NCBI RefSeq assembly: GCF_004010195.1
Contig: NC_057718.1
Span: forward strand, 90,997,353-91,061,352
From: Chiloscyllium plagiosum
Taxonomy: Eukaryota
DNA: 64,000 bases
Direction of reading: 5' to 3'
Below the pieces are notes generated by a model, which worked only from the letters and a program-made list of their open reading frames with translations, did no database searches and had not been told where the DNA came from. Position 1 is the first letter of the stretch. Every line of letters begins with the position of its first letter. Positions 53,838 to 64,000 of the stretch are shown in pieces. A program made the translations under genes and the position numbers.

Positions 53838-56800
53838 GGGGAGGCAGTGGCCTGGTGGTATTATCACTCGACTATTAATCCAGAAACCCAGAATAATGTT
53901 CTGGGGACCGGGGTTCGAATCCTGTTATGGCAGATGGTGGAATTTGAATTCAATTTAAAAAATCTGGAATTGAGAGTCGATTGATGACCATGAAACCATT
54001 GTCAATTGTCAGAAAAACCGATCTAATTCACTAATGTCCTTATAGGAAGGAAATCTGCAATCCTTACCTGGTCTGACCTATGTGTATGTCCAGACCCACA
54101 GTAATATGGTTGCCTCTCAGCTGCCCTCTGAAATGGGCCTAGCAGACCACTCAGTTGTATCAATCGCTAGAAAGTCGCAACAAAGAAATGAATCCGTACG
54201 GACCACCTGACATCGAACTTGGATCAAGAAAAGACAATGGCAAAAACACAAAATTGCTCTGTTGACCAGGCAAAATCCTCCTTACCAACATCTGGGGGCT
54301 AGTGCAGAAATTGAGAGAGCTGTCTCACAGACTAGTCAAACAATAGCCTGACATAGTCATTCTTACAGAATCGTACCTGACAGATAACACCCCAGACATC
54401 ACCACTATCATCCCACTGATAGGACAGATCCAGCAGAGGTGGCAGCACAGTGGTATATGGTCGGGAAGGAGTTGCCCTGGGAGTCCTTGACATTGATTCC
54501 AGACCCCAGGAAGTCTCATGGCTTCAGGTTAAACATGGGTAAGGAAACCTCTTACTGGTTATCACATACTGTCCTCCTTCAGCTGATGAATCAGTACTCC
54601 TCCATGATGAATCAGTACTCCACCTTGGAGGAAGCACTGAGGGTGAAAAATGTACTCTGGGTGGGGTATTTCAATGTTCACCTCCAAGAGTGACTCAGCA
54701 ACAGCATTACTGATTGAGCTGGACGGGTCCTAAAGGAGATAACGGCTTGACTGGGTCTGCAGAAAGTGATGAAGGAACCAACAAGAGGAAAAAAACATAC
54801 TTTAACTCATCCTTCCGAATCTGCCGGCTGCAGAAGCGTCTGTCCACGACCGTATCGGTAAATGTGACCACCGCACTGTCTTTGTGGAGACTAAGTTCTG
54901 CCTTCACATTGGGAATAACCTCCATCTTGTTCAGTGGCACTATCACCGTGCTAAATGAACTAATCCAGCAGCTCAAGACTGGGCATCCATGAGGCGCTGT
55001 CAGCCATCAGTGGCAACAAAACTGTACTTCTGCACAATCTGCAACCTCATGGCCCAGCATATCCCCCATGCAACCATTACCACCCAGTCAAGGAATCAAC
55101 CCAGGTTCAATGGAGAATGCAGGAGGGCATGCCAGGAGCAGCATCAAGCATACCTAAAAATGAGGTGCCAATCTGGTGAAGTTACCAAACAGGACTACTT
55201 GCGTACCAAATGGCATAAACAGCAAGTGATAGACAGATCTAAGCAATCCCACAACTAACGGATCGGATCTAAGCTCTGCGGTCGTGAATGTTGGCAGACA
55301 ATTAAACAACTCACTGGAGGAGGAGGCTCCGCAAGTATCCCCATCCTCGATAATGGAGGAGCCCAGGACATCAGTGTAAAAGATAAGGCTGATGCATTCG
55401 CAACAATCTTCAGTCAGAAGTGTCGTGTAGATGATCTGTCTCGGGCTCTTCCAGTGGTATTACAGATACCAGTCTCCATTCAATTCAATTCACTCCAAGT
55501 GATATCAAGAAACGGCTGGAGGCACTGGATACTGCAAAGGTAATGAGCCTTGATAACATTCCAGCAATATTACTGAAACCTTGTGCTCCAGAACTTATTG
55601 CTCCCCTCGCCAAGCTCTTCCAGTACAGTTACAACATTGGCATCTATCCAGCAATGTGGAAAATTGCCCAGGTATGTCCTGTACACACAAAGCAGGACAA
55701 ATCCAACCTAGCCACTAAGCACCCAATCAGTCAACTCCCGACCATCAGTAAAGTGATGGAAGGTGTCATCAACAGTGTTATCGAGCAGCACCTGCTCAGT
55801 GACACCCAGTTTGGATTTTGCCAGGGTCACTCAGCTCCTGACCTCATTACAGCCTTGGTTCAAACATTGACAAAACAGCTGAATTCCATGTGAGGGGAGA
55901 GTGACAGCCCTTGACATCAAGGCCACATTTGACTGAGTGTGGCATCAAGGAGCCCTGGCAAAACTGGATTCAATGGGTATCAGGGGGAAACACTCCACTG
56001 GTTAGAGTCATACCTGGCACAAAGGAAGATGGTTGTGGAGGGTCAGTCTTCTCAGCTCCAGGACATCTCTGCAGGAGTCCCTCAGAGTAGTGTCCTAGGC
56101 CCAACAATCTTCAGCTGTTTCATTAATGACCTTCCCTCTGTCATAAAGTCAGAAGTGGGGACGTTTGCCAATGATTGCACAATGTTCAGCATCACTCGCG
56201 ACTCCTCAGATACTGAAGCAGTCCGTGCTCAAATGCAACAAAATCTGGACAATATCTAGACGTGGGCTGACAAGTGGCAAGTAACATTTGCACCACACAA
56301 ATGCCAGACAATGACCATCACCAATGAGAGGCACTGTAACCACCACCCCTAGACATTCAATGGTGTTACCATCACTGAATCCCCCACTATCAACATCCTT
56401 GGTGTTGCCATTGACCAGAAACTCAACTGGACTCACCACAAAAATACAGCAGCTACAATAGCAGGTCAGAGACTAGGGATACTGCACCGAGTAACTCACT
56501 TCCTTATACCCCAAAGCCTGTCCGCCATCTACAAGGCACAAGTCAGGAATGTGGTGGAAAACTCCCCACTTGCCTGGATGGGTGCAGCTCCAACAGCACT
56601 CAAGAAGCTTGACAACATCCAGGACAAAGCAGCCCACTTGATTGGCACCACATCCATAAACATTCAGTCCTTTCACCCCTGGTACTCAGTGGCAGCAGTG
56701 TATACATCTACAAGATGCACTGCAGAAATTCACCAAAGATCCTTAGACAGCACTTTCCAAACCCACGACCACTTCCACCTCGAAGGACAAGAGCAGCAGG

Positions 56801-57045
56801 TACTTGGGAACACCACGACCTGCAAGTTCCCCTCCAAGCCACTCACCATCCTGATGTTGGAAGTATTCCGCCGTTCCTTCACAGTCGTTGGGTCAAAATC
56901 CTGGAATTCCCTCCCTACCAGCATTGTGGGTCAACCCACAGCAAGTGGGCTGCAGCGATTCCAGAAGGCAGCTCACCACCACCTTCTCAAGGGGCAATTA
57001 TAAATGGCCAGCCAGTAATGCCCAAGTCTCACAAATGAATAGAAA
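53838..57045 (+). mobile_element. Near full-length, decayed single-ORF non-LTR retrotransposon (APE endonuclease + RT, CR1/L2 group) with a tRNA-derived 5' head
   Basis: A box TGGCCTGGTGG at 53848 and B box GGTTCGAATCC at 53912. EN motifs from ~54278 (TNIWGL..PDIVILTESYL; VGYFNVH). RT motifs QFGFCQGHS, ALDIKATFD, SAGVPQSSVLGP..FINDL, FANDC. Several stops and frameshifts. Confidence 0.85.
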
Positions 57046-58373
57046 ATGTCATTAAAATTGAACAGTATTTGAAAATCAGCAAAGAATGACTTATAAAAAG
57101 GAGAAAAATTAGAGTACAAGTGAAAGTTATAAAGACAGACAAGAAAAGTTCCTACTCATACTTAGAGAATTAACAAAGTAAGCATTGATCACGTAGAAAA
57201 TGTGTCTGGGCAATTCGTAATGGAGGTAGCAGATGAATAAACTCATATTTTGCATCATTCTTAACTACAGTGGATACAAATTACATCTCAGAAAGAGAAA
57301 GTAAGGTGGAACTCAAGAAAATTACAATCACCAGGGAAACGGTACTTGGGAATTTATTAGGCCTCCAGGTCTTTCACATTCAAACCTAGTCTTGATAGTT
57401 ATGGGTTTAATTTCTTTTTGTTATTTTTGTTTAAAGAACAGCAGCTAGGAGTATAAGTTCTAATTGATTTTTTTCCTGTCTTTAGTTCAGGGACACACGA
57501 ACTCAATTATGGATCTTCGTCACCATCCTGTATAGACACCAGTTAATTGACAGCAATGGGAATTTGTTGCTCCTTCATTGTATATGGCAGGCTGCATGCT
57601 AACTTAACTCGGAATAGTTCTCAATTCTCCTGCTGATCAAGATGTTCAGTATGTTTTCCTTATGTGCTGCATACAGACCTGCATCAGGAACCTGTGATCT
57701 GGTAGATTAGAAAATCTAATTGCATTTTAAAAGTAATGTGCAAGAAACAGCAGTCAGCAGATTCCTTGTCCCTCAAAACTGTGGTACCTGGTTATTTCTA
57801 ATTTTCAGTCCTTTGGCTGCTTATGAACAGAATACTCACCAGGAATTCATTTAAATAAAATTGAATATTCAACCTTGATCCAAAACGTTGACTTGCTGGC
57901 AATCCTGTGGGTCAAGATTTAATACACTAATCTCTTCCCTCATTTTCCCATAGTCTAAAAATATGCTGAACATTTATGAGTAGATTATTAATAATTATGA
58001 TATTTAAAAATTATTCACCCTTAACTCCCACCATGTCCTAGAGTTTAGCCTTGGTTTCACTGGATCCAAAATTGCATTGTGTTAAATCAAGTATAGGTTT
58101 CACTACTACCAAGTACAATGTATGAGGGTTATTTTGAACATAAATATTTATGAAATTCACTGGGGATATTGGCTTTTATGCCAATCTGTAAGGTTATGGA
58201 GAAACAACTCTTCTTCTGTTTCAGGCTGTCTCATCCTCCACCATGTACAATCAGGTTGTGTGGCTGCATCCTCTGAAGGTGGTCTGCTGATGGAAGATAT
58301 TTATAAAATGATGGTGAAGATAAAGTGCTCTACTTGCCTAAAGGTTACTCATTATTTGCATCTTGTTGAGCAG

Positions 58374-58566
58374 AGCACATGGGGATATGGATTATGACTA
58401 TCAGAAAGAAGAAGCTGCTAAGTGCTGGATGAGGGATTCTGGCTATGAAAGCTTCTTATGTAACCTCAGCATCTTCGATCGGCTTCTACACACCCATCCA
58501 GTCTGGCTACATCTCAGTCTGAGTGATGAGGATGCTCTGCGTATTCTGCAGCCCGAGGATGCTGGG
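58374..58566 (+). CDS. RIN2: RIN2-like coding exon leading into the SH2 domain (AHGDMDYDYQKEEAAKCWMRDSGYESFLCNLSIFDRLLHTHPVWLHLSLSDEDALRILQPEDAG)
   Basis: Acceptor gagcag| at 58373 is phase-2 compatible with the previous exon; donor GGG|gtaagt at 58567. RDSGY..LSI.DRLLHTHP.WL.LSLS is the RIN2-family motif. The gene continues beyond the window. Paralogue assignment (RIN2 versus another RIN) is by recall. Confidence 0.9.
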
Positions 58567-58652
58567 GTAAGTTGTTAACCTGACTCTTTTTTTCAACAAT
58601 AGGTTACATATCTATTACAATTGTGAAACGACATGCATTATCCTACACCTGA

Positions 58653-59441
58653 TTGAAGATGACAAATGCTGGAGATCACAGAGGGTAAGATCCATGGAGA
58701 GGGAACAGGCCAGCTTTTCCAGTATAGGTGACTCTTCATCAGAGCTAAAGTAAAGTTTAAGGAGTGGGGAACAGCATTTATGCTATAGTTGGGGGGGGGG
58801 GAAGGCGCTGGGTGTTGGGTGCCGGTGGAGAAAAGATGTTGATAGTGCGGCTTAAGTGATCGGATGGTGAGAATGGCAGAATATTGAGGTGTCTCCTGCC
58901 AGTTCTGAAAGGACAGTCAGTTGAATGGGGAGGAGGGGAGAAAGGAAATGATAACAAGCTGAAAGAAAGGGCAACATGTTCACAGTTTAAAGGTGTTGAA
59001 CTCCATATTATATCCACAAGGCTGTAAAGTGCCTAGTCCGAAGATGGGATGTTGTTCCTCCAGTTTGTGCTGAGATTATGAACACTTCTTCCCTTACTTT
59101 CAGCTTGTTATTATGTCCTCCCCTCCCCCCATCCCACTTACTATCCTTTGAAGTCCGGCAGGAGACACACCATTGTTCAGCCATTCTCACATTCTGATCA
59201 CTTAAACTGAACTATCAATATCCTTTCTCCACCAGCACCCTACACCCACTGCGCCCAACACCCCCACACCATAGTATAAATGCTGTCCCCTCCACACTTT
59301 ACTTCAGCTCTGATGAAACGTCATCTAGGCTCGAAATGTTAGCTTCCTCACTCTCCATAGATGCTGTCTGACCCACTATGACCTCCTCCAGCATTTGTTG
59401 TCTTCAGTACAGATTCCAATATCTGCAGTAATTTGTTCCTA
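58653..59441 (+). mobile_element. Penelope-like insertion with inverted 5' copy of its terminal repeat
   Basis: ~230 bp diverged inverted arms (58655-58885 versus 59170-59408); TSD ctacacctga at 58643-58652 and 59442-59451; hammerhead-like cores in both arms. Confidence 0.8.
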
Positions 59442-59601
59442 CTACACCTGAATGTTTGTTTAGTTCAAAGATTTCCTCGGGGGGAAAAGTACTGCTGCTC
59501 AAATATCCAACTTCCAATCGAAAATATGTGTCACCAGTATGCTACTTTTCAAACAGAATTCAATTTAAATTTAGTTAAAAAAAATTAAGGATCTTTGAAG
59601 T

Positions 59602-59975
59602 TGTAATGATTGTAATGTGGTAAAAACAATGACTGCAGATGCTGGAAACCAGATTCTGGATCAGAGGTGCTGGGCTTTTGCCCGAAACGTCGATTTTGCC
59701 TGTCCTCGGATTTTGCCTGTCCTCGGATTTTGCCTGTCCTCCTATGATTGTAATGTGGTCAACTCGGAGATCTCGTAGAATATGAGTTCCCTGATTGGGG
59801 CTGTTAATCGGGTTCAATCAGGGGGCCCTGGCTGACAGATTAAGAACAGGAGTGTCAGATATCCTGTTCATTCTGAGAGCTGGCTCAGAGGGAGCTGGAT
59901 CAGTGTCAAGAACACTCCATGTGTAAATAAAGGGCAAGTAGGTGATGTGATACTGACCTCTGTGGAGTTATTTCA
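59602..59975 (+). mobile_element. Solo LTR with a nested Penelope-like fragment
   Basis: TGT..TTTCA ends, AATAAA, perfect 5-bp TSD GAAGT (59597-59601 / 59976-59980). Insert 59622-59743 has a 16-bp TSD atgattgtaatgtggt. Confidence 0.85.
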
Positions 59976-61787
59976 GAAGTGTGACTGACCTTCAACTTTG
60001 AGTTTAGTTGGGAACATAGTGTTAAAATAAGATGCTGAGAATTGATTTGTGTGCTTAATCTCTGTAAGCTTAACCTTTGTCTTGTAGCTGTGGTAGTGAA
60101 TAGAAATTCATTTTAAGTCAAAAAAAATCAACATTCAACAAGACCCAATCTCTTATATATCCGATAAGCATTCTCTTTAGTCTAATGCAGGTTGGCATTC
60201 CCAGTGGCCACCTTTTCCTCATGTTTTGTTCATCTATTCGAAATTGGCCACCTTCTCCCTAGAAGCCAATAAAAATATTACTGTTCTTTCCCAGTGGTGC
60301 CCAACTGTAAACTCCATTGGCTCCCACAGTCTCCACCCTGTAATCTCCCTTTCCCCTCATATTCCCATAGCTGTACAACTTTGTGATTACCGCTCCAATC
60401 ACTGGTTTCTGCCTATGCACTGTGCTAATACATTCCTGGTCAGAACTGTTGTGGACATCCCTTTGGCAAATATAATTGCAGTACTGTATCCCTGATAGTG
60501 TCCTGTCTTTCTGACTTTAGTGCATCTACATCCTATTGTTGTTGTGAGCTGGCTCAGGCCATAGGTTCATGGCAGAGGTGGTGGAATGAAGATAGACTCT
60601 CTTTCAGTTCTATCTTTTCATCCTTTAAACTATTCAAAATGGGACAGGATTGTGGCGACAGGGGAAGTTTTTCACTGTATTTTACTGTATTATTCACTGT
60701 AAAATACAAGTGACAATTAGTCATCATTCATTCTGTCCTTGGCAGCTTTTATGAACTCTCCATCCTTCAAATAATTCCATTGTAATCCTTGTCCTTATTG
60801 ACACGTTCACATTTCTTCTTAAATTTTGACCGTCTGTATTCCCTGGTCCACCTGCAGTTGCTGTCTTGTATTGTCTTCCTGAAGACCCTCTCCTCCTCTC
60901 TGCTTTGGAAAGCATCTGAAGAGTACCTCTCATAACCATAGCCTTTAACCTATTTCTACTGAGGTCACTGTACACTTTTACATTTGTATAGTGCCTTGTG
61001 TTTTTTTAAACCATGTTAAATATGTTAGTTGACTTTGTTGCAGTTTTGAGATGAGGTGCGAGCATAGCAGGGGAATGAGGATCAGGAGATGAGCCACCTC
61101 GCTTCGTAAAATTATTTTTTATAAATTGCTGAATCACTTTTCAGATAAATACTCGAGAGTGCTGTTACATGTTTAGCTCATAGAAATTACCTTTGGTATT
61201 TCCTTGCAAAATCTGGCCGTGGAATATCAAATCTCTTTGTTCAAATGTTGCAGAAATGTGTCATCAAGTTCTTGTGGTTAATCTGAAATTTCACATCTGT
61301 AATTAAAAGAAAGAAAGAGTTGTGTCTGCTTTTTCATTGTGGCAAATTGGTATTTAACTATGGTGTAATATATGCAAGTCACTTGTTCTTGGACTTCTTT
61401 ATGAAGTTACTTTTTAAGAAGTAAGGTTTTTTCCAAACTTTCTTTTGTTAATTTAAAATGTATTCACTTTAACTGCTTGAAACTTGGTGTCAACAAAACA
61501 AAGAGGGGACAGTGATATAACCATAATGAAGAGCATCAATAAAATCATAGCAGATGATAACCACAGGAGTTTAAGTCAACGACTAAAGATAGTACGAAGT
61601 AATAAAGGATGACAACAGATAAATAGGTGATGATGATCTGGAAAGAAATTGAAGGAAATGAATGTAGGATATTCTTCCCTCTGAAAGGTGGCAAAAATCA
61701 ATACAATTGGAAGCCGTCCAATCTAATTGTTTTCTTCAAGAAATATGACTGGAGAGTGATAAATCCGGTCTATTCTTTAGATTANNN

Positions 61788-61918
61788 CGGAGGAAACCCA
61801 CGCAGACACGGGGAGAATGTGCAAACTCCACACAGAGAGTCACCTGGGGTCGGAATTGAACCTGGGTCTCTGGCGCTGTGAGGCAGCAGTACTAACCGCT
61901 GTGCCACCGTGCCACCCA
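61788..61918 (-). mobile_element. HE1-type SINE 5' part, abutting an NN gap
   Basis: Reverse complement of the head of the 61979 copy. Confidence 0.85.
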
Positions 61919-61978
61919 CGGTAAACAGGTAAAGCAGGGTGTGCAACCTGTTTATATTAATCATTCAGTGAAAGACAT

Positions 61979-62286
61979 GGGCGGCACGGTGGCACAGTGG
62001 TTAGCACTGCTGCCTCACAGCGCCAGAGACCCAGGTTCAATTCCCACCTTAGGTGACTCTCTGTGTGGAGTTTGCACATTCTCCCCGTGTCTGCGTGGCT
62101 TTCCTCCAGGTGCTCCGGTTTCCTCCCACAGTCCAAAAATGTGCAGGTTAGGTGAATTGGCCATGGCCCGTAGTGTTAGGTGAAGGGATAAATGTAGGGG
62201 AATGGGTCTGGGTGTGTTGCCCTTCGGCAGGTCGGTGTGGACTTGGGCCGAAGGGTCTGTTTCCACACTGTAAGTAATCTAATCTA
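61979..62286 (+). mobile_element. HE1-type SINE
   Basis: gggcggcacggtggcacagtggttagcactgctgcctcacagcgcc head; taatctaatcta tail. Confidence 0.9.
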
Positions 62287-64000
62287 AAAAGAATGTGAGT
62301 ACAAAGTTCATAAATCAAGGAAGTTTAGAACTTGGGAAAAAAAAACACAGTTCTGGAGATGCTGGAGACCTGAAATAAAAATAAAGTGTTTTAGAAACCG
62401 AGTCATCTGGCAGTGTCAGTGAAATGAGAAACAAAGTCAACATTTCATTTCAAAACGTCACTTCTTCAAAATTAAAGGGGGGCTATGAAAGGTGTTTTTT
62501 AATTATGTTGACAAAGGGGGAGGAAGAGCAAATGGAACAGCTAGCAAGGGGTGCCAGAGTAAAAGGGAAAAGGAGTACTAATGGTAGTTGAGGAGAAATC
62601 TAGATGCAGAATAGATGTTAATAGCAGAAAATAGGTCCCTGTTGAGAAAAAACATGACACTTGAGTTGGGGGTAACCAAAATCGAGGACTTTGTTTATGG
62701 TCTGAAGTTGTTTGAATGCAATGTTGAGTCATGAAGGCTATAAAGTACCTAATTGCATGCTTTTCCTCCTGCTTTCATTGGGTTTCACTGGAGCCATTCA
62801 GCAAACCTCAAACAGAAATGTTAGCACGAGAGCAAGATGGTGTATTGGAATGGAAAGCGACTGTAAGATCAGGGTCATTCTTACAGGCAGGGGGGTGCCT
62901 GAGGAAGTAGCAGGGGCTCCAAAAGTTTGTGCTTTCAAATAAACTTGTTGGACTATAACCCAATGTTGTGTGATTTTTGACATTGTTCCACTAAGTGATC
63001 ACCCACTCTGCATTCTATCTTGCCACTGAAGAAGAGACCGCATTGTGAGCAGCAGGTGCACTAGACTAAATTGAAGGGTGTACAAGAAAATTGATGTTTC
63101 ACCTGGAAGGTGTGTTTGTGGCCTTGGAAATGGAGGACAGAGGAACTTTGAGTTCAAGAAGAGTTTCGGAACTGGTAGAAGTTAGAGAAATAAGGAAGGG
63201 AAAAACCATTAAGAAATTTGAAGAAGAGAATAAGAATTTTCAATGGCAGGGGGATGGAAGACCATGGGTCAATATAGCTTGTTGCGGACATGAATGAGAG
63301 ACTTTGTTTTGGAAAACTTACGGGCAGCACATACAATTTTTTAAATTGGAAACATTATACTTCATAGTCTTGCCATTTCTAAATTCTTTATCAAATGGAT
63401 CCAATTACAACACTTAACACTATTAATAGTTAACCTGGAGCTTTCCACCAAACTGAATATGTCAACATGATGGACTGCCATCATCTTGTTACTTGTGTTT
63501 TTCTGCTCATGTTTGTTGGTAAACATCAACTGGATCCAAACACCCCATACAATGCATGGCAACATCAGGTCATAAGTCATTATCGCTCAGCTAACTTGGA
63601 GTGCATATAACATGGGATCATTATTCTAGGAGTCAAGTAAAAGGTGAGAAGACTCTAAGTGGCAGAACTTGGATAGCAATATAAATATTGTCACATCTTT
63701 TGATTTATGGAATCATGAAATTTTAAAGCATTAATGGGCCCAATTTAGTTCACTACGTGGTGCATTTGTTCCCTTGAGTGACGAATCCACTCTGCCATTC
63801 CTTCACAAGCCTTTGTCCAGTCAGCCTTATCTAATCCTTCCTCAAACTTCATTTTTAAAGTGATTATTGTTTCTAGCAGGCTTTAAATATCCCGAGTATG
63901 GTCTACTTAAAACTATTTATATTTGTTCATTTGATGCTGATCTTAGTTGTTGCCTTCCAAGTACTACGTCACCAACCACTAAGTTTTTTTCCTTAATGTT

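Larger units (their letters stand above)
52490..57360 (+). mobile_element. Old CR1 (EN to linker) split into three pieces by the 52843 DNA transposon and the 53838 LINE
   Basis: IIMGDFNH at ~52760; gggaagcagtgatcat (GSSDH) at ~53535; linker sequence resumes after 57045. Confidence 0.65.

Noticed and set aside
53838..53935. Genuine tRNA gene
   Set aside because: A/B boxes are present, but there is no convincing cloverleaf or terminator and the sequence is repeated as the head of a retroposon family.
58122..58397. 91-aa ORF overlapping the RIN2 exon
   Set aside because: Different frame from the conserved RIN2 peptide and no recognisable homology.

Overview
A repeat-rich vertebrate window, almost certainly from a shark (HE1-type SINEs, HER1/CR1-type LINEs, Deu-domain SINEs). 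The only host gene I can support is the 5' part of a RIN2-like (Ras and Rab interactor 2) gene on the + strand. Three coding exons (38032-38073, 47381-47475, 58374-58566) splice in frame to give MSGPVELQRGSFFK|LIDTLALEIGELK...QWL|R AHGD...RDSGYES...DRLLHTHPVWLHLSLS..., and there are candidate upstream non-coding exons. Most ORFs in the supplied track are TE debris or chance. The main observations are: (i) a ~3.2 kb single-ORF APE-RT LINE that carries its own tRNA-derived Pol III head, with short SINEs in the window that look like its internal-deletion derivatives; (ii) many Penelope-derived repeats carrying minimal type I hammerhead ribozyme cores, intact only on the strand antisense to RIN2; (iii) an ancient, unidentified duplicated ~600 bp segment with a codon-periodic substitution pattern; (iv) a TRIM-like mini LTR element; and (v) deeply nested insertions with clean TSDs. 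All calls were made by eye with no database searches, and TE boundaries are approximate (tens of bp) unless a TSD or splice site is quoted.
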